DNA from: Anaerolineales bacterium
GTDB taxonomy: Bacteria > Chloroflexota > Anaerolineae > Anaerolineales > UBA4823
Length of the DNA stretch: 64,000 nucleotides
Assembly (NCBI GenBank): GCA_034434515.1
Contig: DAOTZA010000084.1
Span: forward strand, 7,261-71,260
Direction: 5' to 3'
Shown here: piece by piece, positions 9,991-17,648 of the stretch
Layout: every line of letters starts with the position of its first letter
Position numbering within the stretch: the stretch's first letter is position 1
Translations under genes and position numbers: made by a program
The notes under the pieces: generated by a model
What the model saw: the letters and a program-made list of their open reading frames with translations, nothing else
Database searches by the model: none
Told to the model about the DNA's origin: nothing

Positions 9991-10053
9991 ACCACCGGGA
10001 GAGAGACAACTCGTTCTGGCTTAGCCGAAATCTCGGCGTTTGTGTTTCTATGG

Positions 10054-11685
10054 CTAACGGAGAAGTTTGGGTCGATAGCGCTGGATATATTTCTGGTAGG
10101 CCTGTTTTTCTTGTTCTCTTCGACTCTTATCCCAACCAAAATAATCACCGGCAACTTGAATAGCCGGGTCGAGGATATCCAAGCCCGCCGAATCGTTATA
10201 TCCTCCCATACAGCGCCGCAACAACACATCCTGGATTGTTTCGGCCTGCTCCTCTTCAAAAGCGAAGATTACTTCAGCCGCTATCGTCGTATCTCCAGCA
10301 TGTAATCTTTCTTTCAATTTCGGTTCTTTTTGCGTCAAGGCAAGGATTTTCTCCGCTCTAACGCCATAGATTTCGGTCAGATGGCGGGCAATATCCTGCT
10401 CGAAACCGCTTTTGGCAAGAAATTGTTTTTGAAATTCAATAAAACTCCCTTCACCTGCACCCGGTAAATGAATTTTATTTGTGACACAGGGCTTGAGTGA
10501 TCGGTTCAACTTCTTCCCAATTAAGTCAACACATTGTTCAGCCAGATTCCGGAAGGTAGTCAGCTTTCCTCCAATGATTGAAATCAACCCCTCTACTTCT
10601 GGGGCATGGTCATGAATAATATGGCGCCGGGTAATGGCGGCCGTTTTCTTCTCCCCCACATAAGGCAAAGGACGAATTCCTGAATACGTGTAGAGTATCT
10701 TTTCGAGATTGATTTGAGCTGATGGAAAAATATCATTGGCTTCATTCATCAAATAAGTCATTTCCTCATCATCAATCTCAACATGGTCTAAGTCCCCTTG
10801 ATAAGGTAAATCAGTGGTTCCAATCAAAATCCGTCCCGTCCATGGGATAACAAACATCGGCCGGCCATCTGCGCGGGCTTCAAAATATACCGCCATTTTT
10901 GGTGCTCCAGGGAAAACCGGTACAACGAGGTGGCTGCCCTTTGTTCCCCCGATAAGGCGTTTCAATGGTTTGCCGACACCCTTCAATACCTCATCGACCC
11001 ACGGGCCGCCAACATTAACCACCAGCTCCGCTGAAACGGAGTAGGTTTTCTGATCTAACAAATCCTGAAACTCAACCCCACAGACACGATTGCCGTCCAT
11101 GATGAAACGGTTCACGCGGGCATAATTCAAAAACGTCGCTCCCTGTTCCTGAGCAGAGAGAATGTTTTCAACCGAAAGCCGCTCAGCATGAGCCACCTGA
11201 CAGTCATAATACATGGCTGCGCCGCTCAATCCCTCTGGATTTAGTGCCCCAACCTGTTCAAATACCTGCTGCGGAGAAAGGATATGATGATGATCCAGAC
11301 TCTTATCATAGGAGAGCACATCGTAGAGGATCATCCCCATGCGGATCATCCAAGCTGGTCGGCGATTTTGTTTATAAAAGGGGAAAGCCATCCCCAAAGG
11401 TTTGACAAGATGAGGCGCATTGCGGAGTAATCTTTCACGCTCGGCAAGCGATTCACGAACAAGGTAAAACTCAAAGTATTCCAGATAGCGCAAACCGCCA
11501 TGAATCAGGCGGGTAGACCAGGCCGAAGTTCCGCTGGAAATATCCTCTTTTTCCAACACCAGCACCTTTAAGCCCCGTAGAGCCGCATCTCTGGCAATCG
11601 CGCTGCCATTTATTCCACCCCCTACAACAATGACATCCCACTTTTGGGATAGTTTATCGGCATCGATCGGATGGTATCTCATCAT
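10054..11685 (-). CDS. glpD: FAD-dependent glycerol-3-phosphate dehydrogenase
   Basis: DVIVVGGGINGSAIARDAALRG FAD fold and GlpD-like sequence throughout. The preferred start is ATG 11685, with GGAG 8 nt upstream. The track ORF begins at TTG 11703. Confidence 0.85.
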   Translation of the reverse strand: MMRYHPIDADKLSQKWDVIVVGGGINGSAIARDAALRGLKVLVLEKEDISSGTSAWSTRLIHGGLRYLEYFEFYLVRESLAERERLLRNAPHLVKPLGMAFPFYKQNRRPAWMIRMGMILYDVLSYDKSLDHHHILSPQQVFEQVGALNPEGLSGAAMYYDCQVAHAERLSVENILSAQEQGATFLNYARVNRFIMDGNRVCGVEFQDLLDQKTYSVSAELVVNVGGPWVDEVLKGVGKPLKRLIGGTKGSHLVVPVFPGAPKMAVYFEARADGRPMFVIPWTGRILIGTTDLPYQGDLDHVEIDDEEMTYLMNEANDIFPSAQINLEKILYTYSGIRPLPYVGEKKTAAITRRHIIHDHAPEVEGLISIIGGKLTTFRNLAEQCVDLIGKKLNRSLKPCVTNKIHLPGAGEGSFIEFQKQFLAKSGFEQDIARHLTEIYGVRAEKILALTQKEPKLKERLHAGDTTIAAEVIFAFEEEQAETIQDVLLRRCMGGYNDSAGLDILDPAIQVAGDYFGWDKSRREQEKQAYQKYIQRYRPKLLR

Positions 11686-11734
11686 TTCTCTTACTCCATT
11701 CAAAGGAAAAGTTTGATAGTTATGATCAATCGGT

Positions 11735-11764
11735 ATTGTAATTTCTATCAGCTAGAATTTCTAT
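11735..11764 (-). promoter_or_regulatory. candidate glpD promoter overlapped by a 9-bp direct repeat
   Basis: On the minus strand: TAGAAA-17 nt-TACAAT (11740..11735). The plus-strand direct repeat AATTTCTAT occurs at 11740-11748 and 11756-11764 (16-bp period) and covers the -35 and spacer/-10 edge. Confidence 0.35.
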
Positions 11765-11858
11765 GTGGTATTCTTCACAATATACTGCGTCATTTGTACA
11801 CTATGCCTCAGGGCTATATCACGCATCAACAGATGAAAAGCCAAATTTCATTCGCCGC

Positions 11859-12758
11859 TTATTTATAGACAACTTGCGGAGTGTCTCTCAACCACCATCG
11901 CTCTGTGGAAAAGATTAACAATGCCAGCCAGATCATCGCAAAACCGATTAATCGTTCGGACGTGAACGGTTCGTGGAACAACAAGACTCCCAGTAAAAAT
12001 TGACAGGTCGGGGCGATATATTGCAGCAATCCCATTGTCCATAAAGGCACCAGGCGTGCTGCGCTGCCAAACATCAATAACGGAATGACGGTAATCACCC
12101 CACTCAGAAGCACCAAAACGTTAACCCATAGCGTTCCATGCCCAAAGCCGCCTGCGCCATTCATCTCTTGGAGAATCAAATAAAGCACAGCCGGAAGAAA
12201 AAGCACCATCGTTTCCAGTGTCAAACCATATAACGATGAGAGCGGAGCAACTTTCTTCACCAAACCATAAAATCCGAAGGAAAATGCTAACGTCAATGCA
12301 ATCCATGGCAAAGTATGGTATTGAATGGTCAGGTAGGCAACTCCAAAAGCTGCAATCCCAACCGGCAACCACTGCGACCATCGCAAGCGCTCGCGTAAAA
12401 AAAGAACTCCCAGCAAGACGTTTACCAAAGGATTAATAAAGTACCCCAAGCTAGCTTCCAGCACAAAACCAGCATTCACTGCCCACACATAGGTGCCCCA
12501 ATTGAGTGCCAGGAGACTGCCAGCTACAGCGTAAATCACCAGGTTTTTTTTGTTCCGCAGATGTTTACCAAACGCTTGCCATTCTTTCCGCTGAGCCAGA
12601 ATGAAGGTCAACAAAAGAAAAGACCACACAAAGCGATGAGCCAGTACTTGAGGTGAGGGTATCGAAACCAGGGCTTTAAAGTACAAAGGGAAGAAGCCCC
12701 AGATCAAATAGGCGCCAAATCCGAGTAACAAACCTTTGCGATTTATTCCTTCAACCAT
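11859..12758 (-). CDS. rarD: EamA/RarD-family transporter
   Basis: 299 aa with 10 predicted TM helices. The N-terminus GLLLGFGAYLIWGFFPLYFK is typical of RarD. Confidence 0.75.
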   Translation of the reverse strand: MVEGINRKGLLLGFGAYLIWGFFPLYFKALVSIPSPQVLAHRFVWSFLLLTFILAQRKEWQAFGKHLRNKKNLVIYAVAGSLLALNWGTYVWAVNAGFVLEASLGYFINPLVNVLLGVLFLRERLRWSQWLPVGIAAFGVAYLTIQYHTLPWIALTLAFSFGFYGLVKKVAPLSSLYGLTLETMVLFLPAVLYLILQEMNGAGGFGHGTLWVNVLVLLSGVITVIPLLMFGSAARLVPLWTMGLLQYIAPTCQFLLGVLLFHEPFTSERLIGFAMIWLALLIFSTERWWLRDTPQVVYK

Positions 12759-13028
12759 CCTTGTTCATCCGTTCTTTTCAGATCAAGCCGCGCAAAGAAA
12801 ACGCAACATTTCTCAACACAGCATATAGGGTTGCATTTTTACACAGCTTTGCTGAGGTTATCTGCAGGGGCTATGGTAGCCCTGCCGGAATGAGAATCGT
12901 TTATCCCCCTTCCTTGAAAGGAACCTTTCTCTTTAGTTGGAGCTGCTCCTATCAAATCCACATCGACAACCTCTTTGTAGGCAGAATTATACTCCAAAAA
13001 ATGTGACAATCATCTGTTCTAAATAATC

Positions 13029-13057
13029 TTGACATTCTATACCCTATTCCATACAAT
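13029..13057 (+). promoter_or_regulatory. near-consensus sigma70-type promoter of the cysE leader
   Basis: TTGACA (13029-13034), 17-nt spacer, TACAAT (13052-13057). It lies ~270 nt upstream of the cysE ATG. Confidence 0.6.
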
Positions 13058-13074
13058 ATTGAGTAAGGATTCCC

Positions 13075-13125
13075 ATGAACAGGATTTCGTCTCACCTCAC
13101 TTGCTCCTGTAAACGGCGGGGATAA
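13075..13125 (+). CDS. candidate 16-aa leader peptide with two Cys codons (MNRISSHLTCSCKRRG)
   Basis: ATG 13075 with AAGGA 5 nt upstream. UGC is at 13102-13104 and UGU at 13108-13110. The stop TAA (13123-13125) sits in the loop of the first GC hairpin. The ORF is too short for the track and I read it by hand. Confidence 0.45.
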   Translation: MNRISSHLTCSCKRRG

Positions 13126-13188
13126 TCACCGCCGTCAAATCCTCACGCGTCCTCTCACCTCAAAATTGACGGCGGTTAAGTCCCCGCC
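13113..13188 (+). promoter_or_regulatory. alternative RNA helices in the cysE leader (attenuator-like)
   Basis: Four segments: A ACGGCGGGG 13113-13121, B CCGCCGTCAA 13129-13138, C TTGACGGCGG 13166-13175, D CCCCGCC 13182-13188. A:B (7 bp) and C:D (5 bp) are local hairpins. Alternatively B:C (10 bp) nests inside A:D (7 bp). The tract 13126-13165 has 18 C and 4 G in 40 nt. Confidence 0.45.
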
Positions 13189-13330
13189 CGAAACCCACAA
13201 TGTACAGTACGTGTTTCCTGTCAAACACGCTAGTCCACCTTTACGGTTGTGATTCATTCCTTTCGATTGGGAATAAAACAAATACTGCAATAACTGGCAC
13301 AAGCATTGAAGATACCTGAAAGAGAAGAAA

Positions 13331-14032
13331 ATGTTTAACTCAATTCGCGATGATATTCAATCCGTCTTTGAACGCGATCCGGCAGCCCGCAGTTTTTGGG
13401 AAGTCATCTTTTGCTATCCGGGCATCCATGCTATCTGGGGACATCGGATAGCCCATTGGCTCTGGACTCACCATCTTAAGTTTCTTGCCAGATGGTTTTC
13501 TCAACTCATGCGTGGCCTAACGGGTATCGAGATCCATCCCGGCGCGAAGATTGGTAAACGCTTTTTTATTGACCATGGCATGGGAGTTGTCATCGGCGAG
13601 ACTGCCGAAATTGGTGACAATGTAACCCTTTATCACGGAGTAACCTTGGGTGGAACAAGTCTCAGTAAAGGAAAACGACATCCAACCTTAGGCAACAATG
13701 TCGTTGTTGGTGCAGGAGCAAAAGTTTTAGGGGCAATCACGATTGGCGATAATAGCCGCATTGGGGCGAATGCTGTTGTCGTCAAGGATGTGCCGCCTAA
13801 CTCTGTTGTCGTTGGTGTACCAGGACAGATTCTTCTTCGCAGTCAACCTCGCCAAAACGGAAAGCCAGATTTAGACCACGGGCGACTGCCTGATGCAATC
13901 GGCGAAACGCTTGCTCAACTGGTTGAGCATGTCAAGCGGTTAGAAGAGAGAATCGACGGACACCTGCCCAAAGAACCCGACTTACACACTCCCGTTCAGG
14001 GCGTATGGCAGGGGGAAGATTTCTCGATATGA
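13331..14032 (+). CDS. cysE: serine O-acetyltransferase
   Basis: 233 aa. The N-terminal SATase helix region ([30 protein letters not shown]) is followed by hexapeptide repeats ([38 protein letters not shown]). Confidence 0.9.
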   Translation: MFNSIRDDIQSVFERDPAARSFWEVIFCYPGIHAIWGHRIAHWLWTHHLKFLARWFSQLMRGLTGIEIHPGAKIGKRFFIDHGMGVVIGETAEIGDNVTLYHGVTLGGTSLSKGKRHPTLGNNVVVGAGAKVLGAITIGDNSRIGANAVVVKDVPPNSVVVGVPGQILLRSQPRQNGKPDLDHGRLPDAIGETLAQLVEHVKRLEERIDGHLPKEPDLHTPVQGVWQGEDFSI

Positions 14033-14068
14033 TGCAGCTGTTCATCGGTCATATCCAGGGTAAAATGT

Positions 14069-14794
14069 TTGACACACCAAATGAATCAGGTCAGGGACGC
14101 TCTCAAGAGACTTTTTCGCCAAACTATTCCGAGAATCCTTAGCATGATCGAGCCAGCCTCCCCCGCATATAAAACAAAGGCAAAGCAAGCCATAACCGTT
14201 GTCGTCGCATTCGCAATCCTAAACCTTGCCTGTCAAGCAGCCGCTCACCTCTTTATCCCGACCACGCCAACACTTCAATCCCCTATAGCAATCAACTCCC
14301 CGACCAGAAGCTCACCGTCAACGCCAATCCAACCCGCCAAAACTAATACCCCGCTTCCATCGCCAACCCCAAACCACACTCCAACCCAAAAAGCAGAGTC
14401 CCTGGGTTGCGAGGGCATCCTCGCCTTCCGCTTCATCGATCCACCGGAACAAACCAGAGACCTCTTCGAGCACCACGCCCAGGGTACTTTTCTGATCTTC
14501 CATTTAGAGGCGATCAATCTCACTCAAAACTCGATTCAAATTTATAGCGATGACTATACCCTAATCCTCCCCGCAGAAAATGACACAAGCCTAGTTAAAC
14601 CTCACAAAGCAGCCACCAATTATCTATACCTGGTCCGAGGTGATAATTTTTATCAAGATAAGATAAAACCCAACGCGATCTGGCACACCTATCTTGCCTT
14701 CGATGTCCCCCCGCAAACAAAAGAATGGAAGCTTTTGCTCACTCCAGGATCAGGAAATTCACCTCCGCTCTGCCAGACAACGCTTTCTCCCTGA
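14069..14794 (+). CDS. hypothetical membrane-anchored protein with Pro/Thr-rich linker and DUF4352-like beta domain
   Basis: 241 aa: one TM, a PT-rich spacer, then a C-terminal domain (FLIFHLEAINLTQNSIQIYSDDYTL...WHTYLAFDVP) resembling DUF4352. The track start is TTG 14069. ATG 14078 is an alternative. Confidence 0.45.
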   Translation: MTHQMNQVRDALKRLFRQTIPRILSMIEPASPAYKTKAKQAITVVVAFAILNLACQAAAHLFIPTTPTLQSPIAINSPTRSSPSTPIQPAKTNTPLPSPTPNHTPTQKAESLGCEGILAFRFIDPPEQTRDLFEHHAQGTFLIFHLEAINLTQNSIQIYSDDYTLILPAENDTSLVKPHKAATNYLYLVRGDNFYQDKIKPNAIWHTYLAFDVPPQTKEWKLLLTPGSGNSPPLCQTTLSP

Positions 14795-14796
14795 GT

Positions 14797-17571
14797 TTAC
14801 TTGGCGTTATCATCGGTGTGATGGGCGATCATCACGCGGTCTCCCCCTTCGTGCTTTGCAAGATAAGCAGCGGCATCACTGACCTGAATCAACCGTTCCA
14901 CCGTTGAACCCAGGTCTGGATAAGCAGCCACGCCGATTGAAAGGGTAATTGGCCCGATTGATTTTCCTTCATATTCGTATGAGGTCTTTTTAACCGCCTC
15001 GCGCAAACTTTCGGCTCTTTGCCAGACATCCGATAGAGAGGCTTCGGGTAAGATTACCATGAACTCATCCCCACCATAGCGACAGGCGACATCCTCCCCG
15101 CGAAAGATTTTCTTCATCAAACTTCCAATTTGGCGTAGAACCACATCGCCGGCGTCATGCCCATAACGATCGTTGATCGGTTTCATCTGGTCAATGTCAC
15201 ACATGATCAAACCAACAGAATACTTGTGACGCGCTGCCCGGCGAATCTCGCGGTCTAAAGTCTCCTCCATATAGCGGCGGTTGAACAAACCGGTCAGCGG
15301 GTCGCGGATCGCCTGGCTGCGTAATTTATCCCTAAGGTTCAAATTCGATAACGCCGGAGCAACATGCTCAGCAATCGACACCCCAATTTTGCTCAGCTCT
15401 TCCAGGTGATCATTACCCGGTTCATTCATCCCTGAATTACGAATGTGCAATAATCCGATCGTTTCACCCTGGGCGATCAAAGGCACACAAATGTACCGAT
15501 CGGGAAACGGCATTCCTAGGTGATCACAGAAAGGACCTTCTGAATTGCGAACAAGATGCACTTTACCGCGGCGGATGCCCCAACACTCATTTAATACCAA
15601 CTCATTCTCACCGCTAGGTTCATTCCCCCATTGAGCCACCTTTTCTGCAACATCTTGGACTGTCCGCAATAAATACAGCGCCCCGACACTATCTGGCATT
15701 AAAATTTGCGCGTATCGAGCTATAATTGGGTAGGCTTCATCAGCCGTCCGACAGGACTGTAACAAATCTCCCATCTCCGCCAGGAGCTTATTGCGCTTGT
15801 TGTGCATTTCGAGCTGAGAAATTTTTTCGCTCACGTGCCTCATTCGTTCTTCCAGTTCATCTGCACTCCATTTCCGATCCAGAGCATTGACGACAATATC
15901 GGCCATTGCCTTAACCGCCCCGATCTGATCGAAAATCGAATCACTCGCACCCTCATTGCCTTCTATTCCCAGGTATCCAACCACTGTACGACGTAAAACC
16001 ATCGGCACAGCAACGAGAAAATTGATATTTTGGGCATCAAAATAGACTTGTAATGGCGCGGGCATATCTCCTGCTCGGCAAAGAGCAACAATTTCTTGTC
16101 GATTAATTTTTTCCAATAGCCAGGAGAGGGCTGGGTCAAAAGGCTCTGGTAACTCAAAGGGCGGCAACAATCGATCAGATCCGCACCAACGAACCTGAGC
16201 CTGTAATCCACCACCCTCTCGTTTGAAAAGGTACACATAACTTTTTTCGGCCCCCACATATTCAGCAAAGCTTCCGATCGCTTTTTCTAATAAAGTGTCT
16301 ATTTGACGAGGGGCAGCATTTATTAGCCGAATAGCCAGAGCAGTCAGGAAATGATCAATACGCTGTCGCAATGTAGTTTGTTCTAAATCTCTGCGTATTC
16401 GGGCAAAGCGTTGCTCTATCTCATGCCTGGTATGCAAATCTTTCAATGCCAATCTCGCATTTTCAGCCACCTCAACCAAGAACTCTTTTCGCCGTTCAAC
16501 GATCTCTTCTTCCGAGTGGGTATAAAAAAGGGTGATGATGCCTCGAATCTGATTATCGAGGTCAATAGGTACACCAACCGCCCATTGGAATAACTCACCC
16601 TCCTCTCCTAGAAGCACATCTTTCCAGTTTGCAGGATCCTCACTGATTTGTATTTGACCGCTGCGGGTAATTTTTCCAAATAGACCTCCGGCCGAACGAA
16701 CAGCGGCGCCGGGACGAAAGACCTCCGGTTTGCGAGTAGCTTCAACCACGAATGATTCCCCATCATTTGAGCTTCCCATTAAAGCTACATAGGGCGTACT
16801 TCCAATCTCTTCCATCAACTCCAGCAGAACCTCCCATAACTCTGTCTCACCTTTACAGTTAAAGAGCCTCTTTCCCGACTTTACCAAGAAATCCTTCAAA
16901 TGGAGATCGTCCTCTAATTTATGGGTTCTCTCGATGAGCTCGGTGAGATCATGTCCATTAACCAGTATTCCGAGTGTTACTCCTAATTTATCAATTAAAG
17001 GTGTAAACGTCAGTTCAAACCAGCGTTTACCCTTAACCGTCATTAATTCGATCTGACGATTTACAGGTTGTTTGCTCGCAATTGCCCTTTTTTCGTCTTC
17101 CTCCAGGGTTTTAGCAATTTTCGGTGGGAAGAAATCCACATCCGATCTTCCGATGAGTAAATCGATTGTTTTTCCAAGTGTTTTAGCAAAGGCTACGTTG
17201 ACTTTTCGATAGCTCAAGCCAGGATCTTTAAATACGACAAGATCCGGTAATTGTTCCAGGAGCAGTTGGTATTCTTCTTTCTCGGAGCGGAGTTGGTCAT
17301 ACCGGGTGAAGGCATCCTTGATAGGAGGTAACAGGAACCATAACAACCCAAAACAGGTCAAAGAACTTGCCGCAGCCAGGAAAGCCGAGATCAGATGACC
17401 TTGCGAAGGTTGGAATAATTCATACCCAAACCAAGCAATAGTCAGAACAGGCAAAATGAAAAGACCGGTCCAAATCCCGCGTCGTTGCGTTTGCTGCAAA
17501 AACCGAAAAAATAAATAAAATACTCCCACCTGACCAAGGAGTGCCAGGGTCCAGCCAATTATCTCTCCCAT
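14797..17571 (-). CDS. membrane sensor diguanylate cyclase (TM-PAS-GAF-GAF-GGDEF)
   Basis: 924 aa. The C-terminal GGDEF domain has RYGGDEF and an RxxD I-site (RGED, 5 residues upstream). N-terminal TM helices and GAF-like repeats are present. Confidence 0.8.
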   Translation of the reverse strand: MGEIIGWTLALLGQVGVFYLFFRFLQQTQRRGIWTGLFILPVLTIAWFGYELFQPSQGHLISAFLAAASSLTCFGLLWFLLPPIKDAFTRYDQLRSEKEEYQLLLEQLPDLVVFKDPGLSYRKVNVAFAKTLGKTIDLLIGRSDVDFFPPKIAKTLEEDEKRAIASKQPVNRQIELMTVKGKRWFELTFTPLIDKLGVTLGILVNGHDLTELIERTHKLEDDLHLKDFLVKSGKRLFNCKGETELWEVLLELMEEIGSTPYVALMGSSNDGESFVVEATRKPEVFRPGAAVRSAGGLFGKITRSGQIQISEDPANWKDVLLGEEGELFQWAVGVPIDLDNQIRGIITLFYTHSEEEIVERRKEFLVEVAENARLALKDLHTRHEIEQRFARIRRDLEQTTLRQRIDHFLTALAIRLINAAPRQIDTLLEKAIGSFAEYVGAEKSYVYLFKREGGGLQAQVRWCGSDRLLPPFELPEPFDPALSWLLEKINRQEIVALCRAGDMPAPLQVYFDAQNINFLVAVPMVLRRTVVGYLGIEGNEGASDSIFDQIGAVKAMADIVVNALDRKWSADELEERMRHVSEKISQLEMHNKRNKLLAEMGDLLQSCRTADEAYPIIARYAQILMPDSVGALYLLRTVQDVAEKVAQWGNEPSGENELVLNECWGIRRGKVHLVRNSEGPFCDHLGMPFPDRYICVPLIAQGETIGLLHIRNSGMNEPGNDHLEELSKIGVSIAEHVAPALSNLNLRDKLRSQAIRDPLTGLFNRRYMEETLDREIRRAARHKYSVGLIMCDIDQMKPINDRYGHDAGDVVLRQIGSLMKKIFRGEDVACRYGGDEFMVILPEASLSDVWQRAESLREAVKKTSYEYEGKSIGPITLSIGVAAYPDLGSTVERLIQVSDAAAYLAKHEGGDRVMIAHHTDDNAK

Positions 17572-17648
17572 CTCCCCATCCTTTCCTCAATTCGTATTAG
17601 AATGTGTGCCAGGTTCAGTTTTGCCTCAAGTAAATGATGGTAACTTTC

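Noticed and set aside
9864-10305. Track ORFs 9864-10259 (minus) and 9958-10305 (plus) at the glpD 3' end
   Set aside because: Both largely overlap the glpD coding region or the terminator hairpin, and neither has any family resemblance.
12761-13006. 81-aa plus-strand ORF in the rarD-cysE intergenic region
   Set aside because: It has a non-ATG start, no Shine-Dalgarno sequence and odd composition. It lies upstream of the strong cysE-leader promoter, in the region needed for the divergent rarD promoter. It is most likely non-coding.
13064-13330. Known riboswitch or T-box as the explanation for the long cysE leader
   Set aside because: I could not find the T-box GGUGGNACC-type motif, a specifier-loop architecture or SAM-riboswitch-like conserved cores by eye. 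This cannot be excluded without an Rfam/Infernal scan, so the leader-peptide model is reported as a hypothesis instead.
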